From Octopus sinensis (taxonomy: Eukaryota), in NCBI RefSeq assembly GCF_006345805.1, contig NW_021836374.1, positions 1 through 28,706 of the forward strand: a stretch of DNA of 28,706 bases, given 5' to 3'. Below the pieces are notes generated by a model that saw nothing but the letters and a program-made list of their open reading frames with translations, ran no database searches and was not told the DNA's origin. Of this stretch, positions 10,274 to 21,816 are shown piece after piece (position 1 is the first letter of the stretch; every line of letters begins with the position of its first letter). The position numbers and the translations under genes were made by a program.

Positions 10274-10490
10274 TTCATCATCATCATCATCATCGTCATC
10301 ATCATTACCTTCGTCATCATCATCTTCATCATTAACTTCATCATCATCATCATCATCATCACCTTCATCATCAGCATCATCATCATCATCATTTTGTGGT
10401 CGTTGTCATCTCGTAGTTGTTGTTGCTATTGTCATCATTCCTCATTGTCTAGAATCCTCCTCTTCATCATCATCATCATCATCACCACCA
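9806..10490. repeat. Compound (CAT)n microsatellite with recurring CATTACCTTCAT variants
   Basis: Direct reading of the sequence. Confidence 0.9.
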
Positions 10491-10707
10491 CTACAACTAA
10501 ACTATTACTAACCCCACCCCCCACCCACTATCATCCCAGTCTGTGATACCGTTTCTGTGCATTTACCTTCTGCCTGATCAGGTGCACTGCTTCGTTGCTT
10601 AGTTTCTCAGATCAAATAACACATAGCTACGAGCATACACTTCTGCTCCATCTGGGAGCTTTCACACCAGCAATGGCGTTAACGCTACCAGAGGCATCTC
10701 GGTTATA

Positions 10708-11087
10708 TCTTTATATATAAAAGTGAGGTTGTGTGTCTGTCTGTCTCCTACAATTTAGATTCCTAACTACTCCCACATTTTGCAGTGCAGTTTAACCACT
10801 TATAGTCGTGATTCATATCAAGCCCTTCTGGGTATTAGCGCGTGTCTACGATGAGTCTATGATTTAAAAGAAAACTTACCATCATTTTTTTCCATTTTAA
10901 TGCATTTTTTCGCTATTATATAAGGGAAGTAACCCTCTAAAAATGTCTACGATGAGTCAACGATTTTAAAAAAAATTTACCATAATTTTTTTTCCATTTT
11001 TAATGCATTTTTTGGCTATAACTCTCTAAAAATGCTTATATAGTTATTTCCCTTACAAACCCGAGCAACACTGGGCGATACTGCTAG
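10708..11087 (+). mobile_element. Non-autonomous Helitron, copy 1
   Basis: Starts A|TC, has a subterminal hairpin CCCGAGCAACACTGGG and ends CTAG. No target-site duplication. Confidence 0.85.
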
Positions 11088-11485
11088 TCTTTATATATAA
11101 AAGTGAGGTTGTGTGCTGTCTGTCTCCTATGATTTAGATTCCTAACTACTCCCACATTTTGCGGTGCAGTTTAACCCAAACCGAGTATCTTATAGTCGTG
11201 ATTCATATCGAGCCCTTCTGGGTATTAGCGCGCGTCTACGATGAGTCTACGATTTTAAAAATAATTTACCATTATTTTTTTCCATTTTAATGCATTTTTG
11301 GCATATATAAGGGAAGTAACTCTCTAAAAATTTATTATTAAATCTCAGAACGTAAAAAGCTACAGTAACACCCCCCCCCCTTTGTGATTAGTCATATTGA
11401 GATGGCTATTATACTTTACATCTCTAAAAATGCTTATATAGTTATTTCCCTTACAAACCTGAGCAACGCCGGGCAATACTGGTAG
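11088..11485 (+). mobile_element. Non-autonomous Helitron, copy 2
   Basis: Same TCTTTATATATAAAAGTGAGGTTGTG 5' end, hairpin CCTGAGCAACGCCGGG, and ends GTAG|T (mutated CTAG). Confidence 0.85.
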
Positions 11486-11564
11486 TATTTATATATATGT
11501 ATATGAGTATATATATATATGATTGAGTGCATCTGTGCTTTTGTGTGTCTCTGTGTGTGTTCTC

Positions 11565-11980
11565 TCTTTTCTCTTTTACTTGTTTCAGTCATTTGACTGC
11601 GGCCATGCTGGAGCACCGCCTTTAGTCGAGCAACTTGACCCTGGGACTTATTCTTTTTTGTAAGCCCAGTGCTTATTCTATCGGTCTCTTTTGCCCAACC
11701 GCTAAGTAACGGGGACATAAACACACCAGCATCGGTTGTCAAGTGATGCTAGGGGGACAAACACAGACACACAAACACATACACACACACACACACATAT
11801 ATATATATACATATATACGACGGGCTTCTTTCAGTTTCCGTCTACCAAATCCACTCACAAGGCATTGGTCGGCCCGGGGCTATAGCAGAAGACACTTGCC
11901 CAAGGTGTCACGCAGTGGGACTGAACCTGGAACCATGTGGTTGGTTAGCAAGCTACTTACCACACAGCCACTCCTGCGCC
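11565..11980 (-). mobile_element. Full-length tRNA-derived composite SINE
   Basis: Reverse complement of the 21815-22230 family, with A/B boxes, a CORE-like segment, internal (TA/TG)n and a GTAAAAGA tail. Confidence 0.9.
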
Positions 11981-12040
11981 TGTATAACTATGTATAACTG
12001 TATAACTGTGTGAGTGTGTGTGTGTATATGTGTGTGTGTA

Positions 12041-12228
12041 TGAAGTGGTGCTGAAAAGATCTTGGCTTTGAAGGGGTTGAGAAATCTTTTACAGAGTTTA
12101 GAAAAACTGAAGGACCGCTGCAATAAATGTGTGAACTTGAGTGGGGAGCATGTTGAATAAAATCATAATTAACTGATCCTCTTGTATTTTCCTTTACCCA
12201 AAGCCAGGAACTTTTCAGCACCCCTTCA
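12041..12228 (+). mobile_element. Tc1/mariner-derived MITE, copy 2
   Basis: TIRs GGTGCTGAAAAGATCTTGGCTTTG / CAAAGCCAGGAACTTTTCAGCACC. Encodes LEKLKDRCNKCVNLSGEHVE*, matching the mariner transposase C-terminus (KL..RW.KCV...G.YVE*). Confidence 0.8.
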
Positions 12229-12559
12229 CACACACACACACACTCTAATAACAAATGGGGTGAAAACGAATGCTCTCTCTGTGGTTTAACTAGGATATCA
12301 AGGCTTGATAATTGTTAAGACATTCAACTTTACTTGAAACCACTGGTAGCCTTGTTAGCTTACAAATAAAAGTATTATCTCACGCTTGGAATTTACTCCA
12401 TTTTTCTGTAAAATAGCAATGCTTGTTTATATATATGTATATGAGCAAAACGCCCCCCTCCCCCGTCCAATGGACGGTGCTGAGTTGTCAACCATTTAAA
12501 CCAAATTTTCTCAAAACAATTTGTCCGACCGTCCCATAGGCCTCCCCTTTGAGAAACAC

Positions 12560-12833
12560 TGATTTAACCTAAATTTGAGATACCATTAATTTTTCTTGCA
12601 TATGCGTAGTATCAATCGCAACAACTGATGTACTTGCGCATACAAATGCACGTTCCCACGGCTTTATCAATTGCTTTCTCACCTGGAATTGATTTTTGTA
12701 ATATTTTTCAAGACTTATACATGCTCTGATACCATCGGTGTCTTCATATCAAATTTGAGTGCAATCGGATGGAAGATCCCCGAGATCCTAGAAGACACAC
12801 AGACAGACAGACAGAACAGATTATATATAATAT
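12560..12833 (-). mobile_element. Probable Helitron/Helentron-type non-autonomous element, 5' portion
   Basis: The minus strand starts TATATATAATCTGTT(CTGT)n...CATCCGATTGCACTCAAATTTG, the same layout as the 5' end of the Helitron at 10708. The left boundary is uncertain. Confidence 0.5.
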
Positions 12834-12954
12834 ATATATGTCTGTGTGTGTGTATGTATATATATATATATATATATACAACAGACTTCTTTCGGTTTCT
12901 GTCTGCCAACTCCACTCAAATGTCTTTGGCTGGTCTGAGGCTATTGCAGAACAC

Positions 12955-12994
<40 letters not shown>

Positions 12995-13410
12995 CACACT
13001 ATTACATGTGGTTATGTATAGATATAGGTTTATATATATATATGTATATATATTTATATATATATATATATATAATATATATATATATATTCTATATATG
13101 TATATATATATGTATTTATATATATTATATATAATATATATATATATGTCTATATATATATATATTACAGAGAGAGAGAGAGGAGAGAGAGAGATAGATA
13201 GATGATAGAGAGAGAGAAAGACATTGATAGGCAGATAATTTTGTATGTACATAATTACGTGGATATATATGTGTAGTACATATCTGCATATATGTACATA
13301 AATTATGTGTAGGTGTGTATATGTGTGTGCATGTGTACCTGTAAAGATATACACAAACATAGAGGCATATACACACACACATATATACACACACACATAT
13401 ATACACACAT
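12955..13410. repeat. (TA)n, (GA)n and (CA)n low-complexity tract
   Basis: Direct reading of the sequence. Confidence 0.9.
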
Positions 13411-13559
13411 CCAAAGACATGAACATGTGTAGTCGTATATTTCTGCCATTGGAAGGCTTCATGTCATGTGTGTCTCCATAAAATATTTCCAATAATGGAA
13501 TTACAGTTTGTCAGGAAAGACATTGAGACCATCTCTTGAGGTGTTGGGGTAAGGTTGGA

Positions 13560-13990
13560 GGGAGGAGGGAGAAGTGAGATGTATTAAGATAGTGAGATGG
13601 AGAGAGGGAGGGAGAGAGAGAGAGACAGTGCAAGAGAGATGAGAGAACAGAGAGTGAGAGAAAGGGTGTGTGTGTGTGAGGATAATGACAGGAAGAAAGG
13701 AAGGAGAGAAAGGAGAGAGAGAGAGAAGGAAATGAAGAGAATGAGATATATTGAGAGAGAGAGAGAGAGAGGATGAGAGAGAGAGGGTGAGAGAGAAAGA
13801 GTGAGAAAGATAGAGAGAGACACTGCAAGAGAGAAGATGAGAGAAAGGGCGTGTGTGTGAGAGGATCATGACAGGAAGAAATGAAGGAGAGAAAAGGAGA
13901 GAAAGAAGGAAATGAAAAGAGTGAGATATATTGAGACAGAGAGAGAGAGGGTGAGAGAAGTGATAAAGAGAAATACACAGTGTGAGAGAA

Positions 13991-14021
<31 letters not shown>

Positions 14022-14330
14022 AACAGACAGAGAATGTGTGTGAAAGATCATAGAGAGAGGAAGAAAGTAAGGAGAGAGAGAGAGATGTAGAGAGTGAGAT
14101 ATATTGAGAGAGAGAAAGAGGGGGTGATAGTAGTGATAAAAAGAAAGAGAGAGTTAGAGAGGGGGAAAGAGAGAAAGACAGAGAGAGAGAGAGAAAGATA
14201 GAGAGAGAGAGAGAGAGAAAAGAGGGCATCGTAAGGAATGAGAAAGAGAGAGTAAGATGCAGAGTGTGAGAAAGAGGGAGATAAATTGATAGTTTGATGG
14301 ACAGACAGACAGACAGATAGACATGCAGCC
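13560..14330. repeat. Polypurine (GA)-rich tract with ~175-190-bp higher-order duplication
   Basis: GAGATATATTGAGA occurs at about 13743, 13923 and 14096. TGACAGGAAGAAA occurs twice. Confidence 0.8.
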
Positions 14331-14595
14331 AGGCAGTCAGGCAGCCAGATAGATGAGAGTGGCAGGGGGAGGAGATTGATTAACTGGAGAAATCTTGAAA
14401 GGTGGTTGTCAGAATGGGAGTGGTGGTGGATGATGGGAGTTATCATGTAGGGAGGTGCTAGGGGTGGTACTTGGTGATGGGTGATTGGTGGAAAATATGA
14501 GCAATTTATATATATATACATTACATACATTCACCTACCATAATATATATATATATATCTTATATAATATATATATATATACATTCATATACATA

Positions 14596-14630
<35 letters not shown>

Positions 14631-14684
14631 ATTCATATACATAATATATATATATTATATATATATATATATGTGTGTGTGTGG

Positions 14685-14950
14685 AGGCGCAATGGCCCAG
14701 TGGTTAGGGCTGTACTCACGAAGAACTGACCATCTCAACAGAATTGATACCAATATTGGTGCCATGGGAAAAGCAGCTAGTACCCTCTGTGGAGTGGTTG
14801 ATGTTAGCAAGGGCATCCAGCTGTAGAAATCAGGCCAAAACAGATAGTAGGGCCCAGTGTGGCCCTTGCATTACCAGCTCCAGTCAAATTGTCCAACCCA
14901 TGCCAGCATGGAAAAACGGACATTAAATGATGATGATGATGATTATGATA
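14685..14950 (+). mobile_element. tRNA-headed SINE with RTE-type tail and (GAT)n
   Basis: Head GGCGCAATGGCCCAGTGGTTAGG. Tail AAGGGCATCCAGCTGTAGAAA...GTCCAACCCATGCCAGCATGGAAAAACGGACATTAAA(TGA)n. Confidence 0.7.
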
Positions 14951-15428
14951 ATGACACACAGACACACAGATGTAAAGTAAGTCCCAATACATGGATTCAA
15001 GTAATCTAGTGGTACACATTAAAAAAAAGTTCCTTAATGGATCATTCAACAAAACATTTAAAATACATAACACAATACAAGAGAAAACCATTATTTTCTA
15101 CTAATTTTATTATCATTATTGTCTTCCATAACTCTTAAAGTTCTATTTTTAGTTATATTGCCTTTGAATTCTTGAAACGTTATGGTGAGAGATTATTGTT
15201 TAACATGAAATTTTCTCTCACCTAATAAGCTAGCTTAGTATCTACATTAATTTAAAGATTGTTTATATTAATGCAGGCATGTTGGTAATTTACTTATCAT
15301 AAAATATAATTAAATAAATTATCTTTGCATGCTTTAAGTCGCAAAACAATTGTTGTGATATAAGAATTTCCAAAGGTTAAATATATCTTACCATACTATA
15401 TTTCTTTCATTAGGTGGACAAACTCAAA

Positions 15429-15660
15429 GGTGACGAGCTGGCAGAATCATTAGCATTCCGGGCAAAATGCTTAGCGGTATTTCGTCTGTCGCTACATCCC
15501 GAGTTCAAATTCCACTGAGGCCAACTTTGCCTTTCATCCTTTCGGGGTCAATTAAATAAGTATCTGTTACACACTGGGGTCGATATAATCGACTTAATCC
15601 GTTTGTCTGTCCTTGTTTGTCCTCTCTGTGTTTAGCCCCTTGTGGATAGTAAAGAAATAG
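15429..15660 (+). mobile_element. Meta-domain-like SINE monomer with 18-bp target-site duplication
   Basis: Same family as 7749-8405. Flanked by TAGGTGGACAAA(C/G)TCAAA at 15411-15428 and 15658-15675. Confidence 0.85.
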
Positions 15661-15879
15661 GTGGACAAAGTCAAAAGTCATTGAAAAGGTTGCTAGTAAC
15701 AATGAAAGTGTATTGACAAATAAAAACCAAATAATTGACTTACTTCTTAACCAAATTAAACAAATAATCGATTAGTCAGTTCGATATTTAACCAGCTGAC
15801 TAATAATAAAAGAGTGGAATTTGAATCAGTGCATGTGTTAATAATATTGACATAATGACCCTCCCTAGACACAACAAAA

Positions 15880-16160
15880 TTGTGTGGTAAGAAGTTTGCT
15901 CCTCAATCAGATGGTTTCAGGATCAGTTCCTGCGTGGCACTTTGGCCAAATGTTTTCTACTATAACCTTGAGCTGACCAAGACTTGTGGGTGGATTTGGT
16001 AGGTGGAAACTGAAAGAAGACTGTCGTGTATATATGTATATATATCAATATGTATGTGTGCCTGTTTGTCTGTGTGTCTGTGTTTGTCTCCCACTCACTG
16101 CTTGACAACAGGTATTGATGTGTTTACATCCCTGTAACTTAGTGGTTCAACAAATGCGAC
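15880..16160 (+). mobile_element. Diverged composite SINE
   Basis: Similarity to 21815-22230. Confidence 0.75.
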
Positions 16161-16161
16161 T

Positions 16162-16422
16162 GATAGATAGATAGATAGGTGGGTAGGTAGGTAGGTAGGT
16201 AGGTAGGTAGATAAATAGATAGATAGATAGATAGGTACGTAGGTAGGTAGGTAGATAAATAGATAGAAAGGTAGGTATGTAGGTAGGTAGGTAAGTAGGT
16301 AGATAGATAGATAAATATATAGATAGGTCGGTAGGTAGTTAGATAGGTAGATAGATAAGTAGGTAGGTAGGTAGGTTGTTGGGTGAGTAGGCAGGTGGAT
16401 AGGTAGGTAGTTGGATAGATAT
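16162..16422. repeat. (AGAT)n/(AGGT)n tetranucleotide tract
   Basis: Direct reading of the sequence. Confidence 0.9.
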
Positions 16423-16424
16423 AG

Positions 16425-16582
16425 GGCGGTGAGCTGGCAGAAACGTTAGCACGCCGGGCAAAATGCTTACCATTATTTCGTCTGCCACTACGTTCTGAGT
16501 TCAAATTCCACCGAGGTCAACTTTGCCTTTCATCCTTTCGGGGTCGATTAAATAAGTACCAGTTGCACCTTGGGGTCGATAT
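16425..16582 (+). mobile_element. Meta-domain-like SINE, 3'-truncated
   Basis: GGCGGTGAGCTGGCAGAAACGTTAGC...GAGTTCAAATTCC...CCTTTCATCCTTTCGGGGTCGAT. Confidence 0.8.
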
Positions 16583-16904
16583 AAGAAATGGGATAGATAT
16601 ATATGTAGATAGATAGATATATGCACGTATGCATTTGTATATAGTTGCATGTATATATATGCATGCGTATGTGAGTTCATATATGTTTGCATCCCCTTAT
16701 CAAGATGGTTGTAAGAGAATGTCAATCTCATACAAGCAAGCTGTGTTATTTATTTCCAATCTTCCACCCCACCCCAAAAAATCCCCAAAACAACATGAGT
16801 AACTATTACCTTGCATAGGTGAGGGTTGGTGGCAGGGAAGGCATCCAGTCTTAGGAAATCTGCTTCAACATATGTTATCTGACGGAAAAATTAAAACAAT
16901 GTTG

Positions 16905-17079
16905 TTTATGACGATGGTGATGATGTTTATGTTGATGATGACAATGATGATGATGATGATGACAATAGTGATGATGATGATGACGATAGTGATGATGACG
17001 ATGACGGTAGTGATGATGATGATGATGATGATAGTGATGATAGCGATGATGATGATGATGATGATAATGATGATGAGAG

Positions 17080-17116
<37 letters not shown>

Positions 17117-17450
17117 AGTGATGATGATGATAGTGATGATTGTGATGATGACAATGATAATGATAGTGATGATGATGATGATGATGATGATAGTGATGAT
17201 GTTGATGGTGATGATGATAGTGATGATGATAATGATGATAGTGATGATGATGATGATGATGATAGTGATGATGATGATGATGATAATGATGTTGATGATG
17301 ATGATGATAGTGATGATAGTGATGATGATGATGATAGTGATGATGATGATGATGACCATGATGATGATGATGACTATGATGATGATGATGATAGTGATGG
17401 TGATGGTGATGGTGATGATGATAACGACAATGATAAAGATGATAATGATG
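16905..17450. repeat. (GAT)n microsatellite with GATAGT variants
   Basis: Direct reading of the sequence. Confidence 0.95.
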
Positions 17451-17830
17451 TGACAGCGATGAGGATATTGATGAAGATGAAAAAAAGATTCTGATGCTGT
17501 TGATGATAATTTATTTTGATAAATCTTACTCGATAAACTCAGCTTAACATTGTGGCACCCCTGCTCCATTTTCTGCGTGCCACCTCCACAACCCCCACAT
17601 CACACGAAAACTTTGCACCTCTCCCAAGATATATCTGCCGATTGTCAACGTTTCCTTGGAAGCTGGTTTTTTTAATCAACTAAAAACACTTTTCTCACAG
17701 AAAAATAAAGTCATTTTTATAGAAATACACGATAATAACAACAACATCAACAACAATAACAAGAACAGTGATAACAATAATAATGACAATAGTAACAACA
17801 ATATGGTGATGATGATGATGATGATAATAA

Positions 17831-17870
<40 letters not shown>

Positions 17871-17934
17871 CCATTATGCAAATTGATTCCTTTTAAAGAA
17901 ATATATGTCACTGAAAGGGAAAATGAAATTTTTG

Positions 17935-18381
17935 GTATATATATATATATTTTTGGTGTATATATATATATATATATAAATCTTTATTTAATGTATATAT
18001 ATTATTTATTTAACACATACATAAATATATGAGTGTGTGTATGTATATATATATGTGTGTATATATATGTGTGTGTGTATATATATATATATAAATAATT
18101 TATATATGTATGTATGTATAAATATATTCATATATACATATACATGTTTATATACACATATAAATATACATATATGCATTTATATGCATATATATATATA
18201 TATACACATACAGACAATATATACAAGCATAAATAAATATATATACATATGCTTTTTTGTGTTTGTATTATACAAATGTGTATGTGTGTATGTATATGAA
18301 TATATATGTGTGTATGTATATATACACAAATGCACATGTATACACACGCATATGTACTTACATTTATGCATTCATCTCTCT

Positions 18382-18418
<37 letters not shown>

Positions 18419-18460
18419 AATGCACACACATAGACACATACACATGCACTCACATCCATA
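17935..18460. repeat. (TA)/(TG)/(CA) low-complexity tract
   Basis: Direct reading of the sequence. Confidence 0.85.
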
Positions 18461-18918
18461 TCCATCCTACATGTTAAACAGAACCAAAAAGAAATCATAT
18501 TTCCGAAGAAATGGTAAAAAGTTTCCTGAGAAGAAAGACTGATATTTCCCGCTAAAAATCAATTGGAATGAAGAATATGGTAATAAGATGGATTCCTGCG
18601 ATGAATATTTTTGAAAGCAATCAGTACTCTCTGGTTTCAAAGATACATAATACATATTTGCTGTTTAGGGTCGGGGTAGAATTGGTTTTCACTTTTTGGA
18701 AGCATACCATACTTGTAGGTGTGTAACTAGTAACCTTCTTTTAATCTTTGGCGCTATCTGCTTCACAACACAATACTTTACCATTTGCTTCTGTAAGTAT
18801 TAAGAGACTTAAAGCTTTATCTTTACACCAAGAAGTCGATCTACAACATGTATGCATGCAAATGTATATACATGTTACATATATATAAAAGCATATATAT
18901 TATATATATATATATGTA

Positions 18919-18952
<34 letters not shown>

Positions 18953-19236
18953 TATATATATATCAAATATATGCATATGTATATAATATATATATATATA
19001 TTATATATATATATATATACACATATGCATATATATGAATATATATGAGGAGAAGATTGCATTGTTTATACCATTTATTCTTTTGAATAGTATTAGTGGA
19101 ATTTTCGAAACATGCGTCGAAGTAAAAATATTTGATTACATCTGCGTTAAACTCCATTATTTATTCATATATATATATATATAATATAATATATACATAA
19201 CTCTATATATTATATATATATACATATGCATAACTA

Positions 19237-19282
<46 letters not shown>

Positions 19283-19283
<1 letters not shown>

Positions 19284-19420
19284 TAGCAGAGATACCTGGC
19301 ATAGCCTGTGTTACATGCAATTGAAGAATTAGACTTTTCTGTTATATTTTCTCCAATGAACTGGAATATCTATTTTTCAAATTTCATCAGTATTTCAGAT
19401 GAGGGTTATTTCCCTCTTTA
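19283..19420 (-). mobile_element. Probable Helitron 3' end fragment
   Basis: The minus strand ends CAGGCTATGCCAGGTATCTCTG-CTAG|T (degenerate hairpin followed by CTAG) in a (TA)n tract. Confidence 0.45.
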
Positions 19421-20118
19421 CACACCCTCAACAGGAGCTGGCAGGGCCAGAGGCTGCACCAAGCCGCATAATCCATTATGGCTTGGTTTCTACAGCTAAT
19501 TCTAATTCTTCTTAGTCCCAACTTTTCCCTCAATACACCAGCACTCTCTCAGACTTATACACTCACATTGCACATTTGGGAAAACGCACTAGCTTCATTC
19601 CTCAGTAATATGTGTGTACACTTATATACATACACACACACAACACACACACACACAATACACACACAATACACATATACACACATCTGAAAATTAAATA
19701 GACGCCCTTCATTAAACCGTTTTATCATTATTGACACTGCTCATTAGTATAATTCCCAAATGAGTTAAATCATTAAAAACTGCAATGAGGTATATCTCTA
19801 CTTAATACTAAATTAAATATTTAAATGTTTCAAATGACATTCTCTTGTTTCCAGGAATAAATTGGAAAAAAGATTTAAAAGCAATGATGTCTATTTACTT
19901 TTGATACGTCTATATACATATGCATATGTAAACATATTCTGATATCCCTCAGTTTGGATATAGACTACACTGTAACAGTGTAATAATACTACCAAAACTA
20001 AATCAGTAACCAACACATAGCAAACCTATATCTCTTCTCAACGACTGCCTTCACCATTGCGACTGCACACGCCACACTGTACTATCTCTTTTATTTGGCA
20101 CACAGGCCATGATACAGA

Positions 20119-20183
20119 GGGGACTGAACCCAAAACCATGTGGCTGGTAAGCAAGCTACTTACCACACAGCCACTCCTGCGCC
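20119..20183 (-). mobile_element. SINE 5' head fragment
   Basis: Reverse complement of GGCGCAGGAGTGGCTGTGTGGTAAGTAGCTTGCTTACC...GGGTTCAGTCCC. Confidence 0.8.
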
Positions 20184-20189
20184 TATTTC

Positions 20190-21207
20190 TTTCTCCTTTT
20201 TACCTTTTGTTGGTGATGTTGTTGTACTTCTTTGTCACTAGCTCTCTATCATATCCATTTCTTCCTCCTTTTCCTTTTTCGGACTCTTTGGCAGTGAGTT
20301 CACACATTCCTTTCTCTTTTTTTTCTGTTCACCATGGTGATTGCATCCTCCGCTTCCTCTGTGTTCTTCTCAACTTCTAGTACTGCCATTTTGGCACTGT
20401 GTTCCTGTTTGGCACCCTACAGCTGTTTCTTCTCTTCACCTTCATTGTCTTTCTGGGGACACCTTGTGCTCATGTGTCACCTCTCTCCACATTAATAACA
20501 GGTTGGTAGTCATCCCCCCACCACCACTCTTAATCTCACATTGTCTGGCAATATCACTTCTTCTGCTATTTCGTGTAAGTCCTCTATACTGACTTGTATG
20601 GCCATTTCAAGGCCATATCCCCAACAATTTACCATTTCTGTCTTAGTTACTTTAAAAATTTCCGCGTCTTCCTCAATATTATGCATAATGGCTGCCACCA
20701 GTCACACTCCGGGGTTACTCTACCTATCCTTACTCTAGCCACTCTTTTGCCACAGTAAGTTGGCAGAAGTACCCACTCTTGCATCCTTAGCGTCACAGTG
20801 GAGTGATTTATTTCTTCCTGTTCACTAGCGAACGTCGCCTCCACTGTGCCGCATTTTCTCTCTCTCGTGTAGAATGTTGTAAAACTTTTTATTTCCTTCA
20901 AACACTCTTCTCTGACTTCCACTGTGGCTATTTCTGTTTTGTTTTTTTTGCTGAAGTGGACAGTGTTCTGTAGACCACTGTTCGCTTTGTTACGCTGGCT
21001 GTAAAATCTTCCACCAGGATCAGCCTTAAACTAGTTCCTTCCTTCTCAGTTAACTTGTATTCTTTTAGTTTCTTTCACTCAATTTTCACTTCTCAAACCT
21101 CTAATGCGTCAGTAGTTAAACCTCTTCCAGTGGCTGAAGCATAACAGCAGGCCTGTGCTTGAACTGGTTTTTACTCCATTCTTCTTTATTTTCTCCACTT
21201 CACCCAT
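20190..21207 (-). pseudogene. Decayed L1/Tx1-type LINE ORF1 (gag-like) with CCHC zinc knuckle
   Basis: Broken frames 20647-20922 and 20510-20698 continue through stops into RVVVGG*LPT-CY*CGER*HMSTRC-P, an exact CX2CX4HX4C at 20459-20500. A basic, charged tail follows. Candidate ATG at 21207. Confidence 0.7.
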
Positions 21208-21476
21208 AAATGGGGAAGAAAACAGCAATAATAATTCAACAATTCAACAAATAGGTTGACCCTTATGGGAGACCTTCAACAAATAATTAAAAATCCAACT
21301 TACATCTAATAAGGATCAAAAATGATTCAACCGAACAGAAAATCACTGGACTGTGCAAACACACTGTCCGTACAAATGCATCTTTGTAAGGTTTAGGAGA
21401 GTTCGTTTGCTAACCCACAGGGGTGTCAGGATTTCACCACAACACATATATGTATGTATATACATGTATGTGTGTG

Positions 21477-21517
<41 letters not shown>

Positions 21518-21547
21518 TATTTAAAGCAGTAGAAAATTCAACAAAAC

Positions 21548-21585
21548 CTGTTACTCTGAGTTTCCTGTTGCCGTTCATCGGACTG
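21548..21585 (-). ncRNA. Minimal type I hammerhead-like motif (U4C core), left arm
   Basis: CAGU CCGAUGA ACG GCAA CAG GAAA CUCAGAG UA ACAG. Stems I and II contain mismatches. Confidence 0.5.
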
Positions 21586-21600
21586 TTTTTCTAGCAAAAA

Positions 21601-21638
21601 CTGTCCAATGAACGGCAACGGGAAACTCAGAGTAACAG
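21601..21638 (+). ncRNA. Minimal type I hammerhead-like motif, right arm (G5A lesion)
   Basis: CUGU CCAAUGA ACG GCAA CGG GAAA CUCAGAG UA ACAG. Stem I CUGU/ACAG is perfect and stem III is ACUC-A-GAGU. Confidence 0.55.
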
Positions 21639-21774
21639 GTTTTGTTGAATTTTCTGCTGCTTTAAATAAAGCATATTACTCTACCCCTGGTATTTGAGTA
21701 CTCTTTTTTCCACCTTGTTTCACATTTATGTGTTTACTCTGGTATATATGTATGTATATATATATGTGTGTATA

Positions 21775-21814
<40 letters not shown>

Positions 21815-21816
<2 letters not shown>

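Larger units (their letters stand above)
21517..21732. mobile_element. ~153-bp palindrome (21517-21669) plus unique tail: probable Penelope-like pseudo-LTR with inverted partial copy, within (TA)n
   Basis: The arms are near-perfect reverse complements and each holds an HHR motif. AATAAA at 21665-21670. Confidence 0.7.

Noticed and set aside
8700-10546. Long ORFs (325, 256 and 254 aa) rich in His, Ile, Ser, Met and Asp
   Set aside because: These are translations of (GAT)n/(CAT)n. The 91-bp higher-order unit shifts the frame each repeat, which is inconsistent with coding.
10540-10600. Minus-strand CTGATCAGGCA...TGCACAGAAACGGTA, hammerhead-like, with an AAG/GTAAAT donor-like site
   Set aside because: G8 is missing, stem I does not pair and all upstream frames are closed. 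It is more likely a retroposon 3' end leading into the (GAT)n tail.
11743-11997. Recurrent ORF ...ARGYSRRHLPKV.RSGTEPGTMWLVSKLLTTQP (also at 21726 and 26039)
   Set aside because: It is the antisense translation of the SINE head, not a gene family.
13501-14530. 242-aa and 160-aa Ser/Leu-rich ORFs
   Set aside because: These are translations of the GA/CT low-complexity tract.
16865-17569. Poly-Ile and poly-Met ORFs
   Set aside because: (GAT)n microsatellite artefact.
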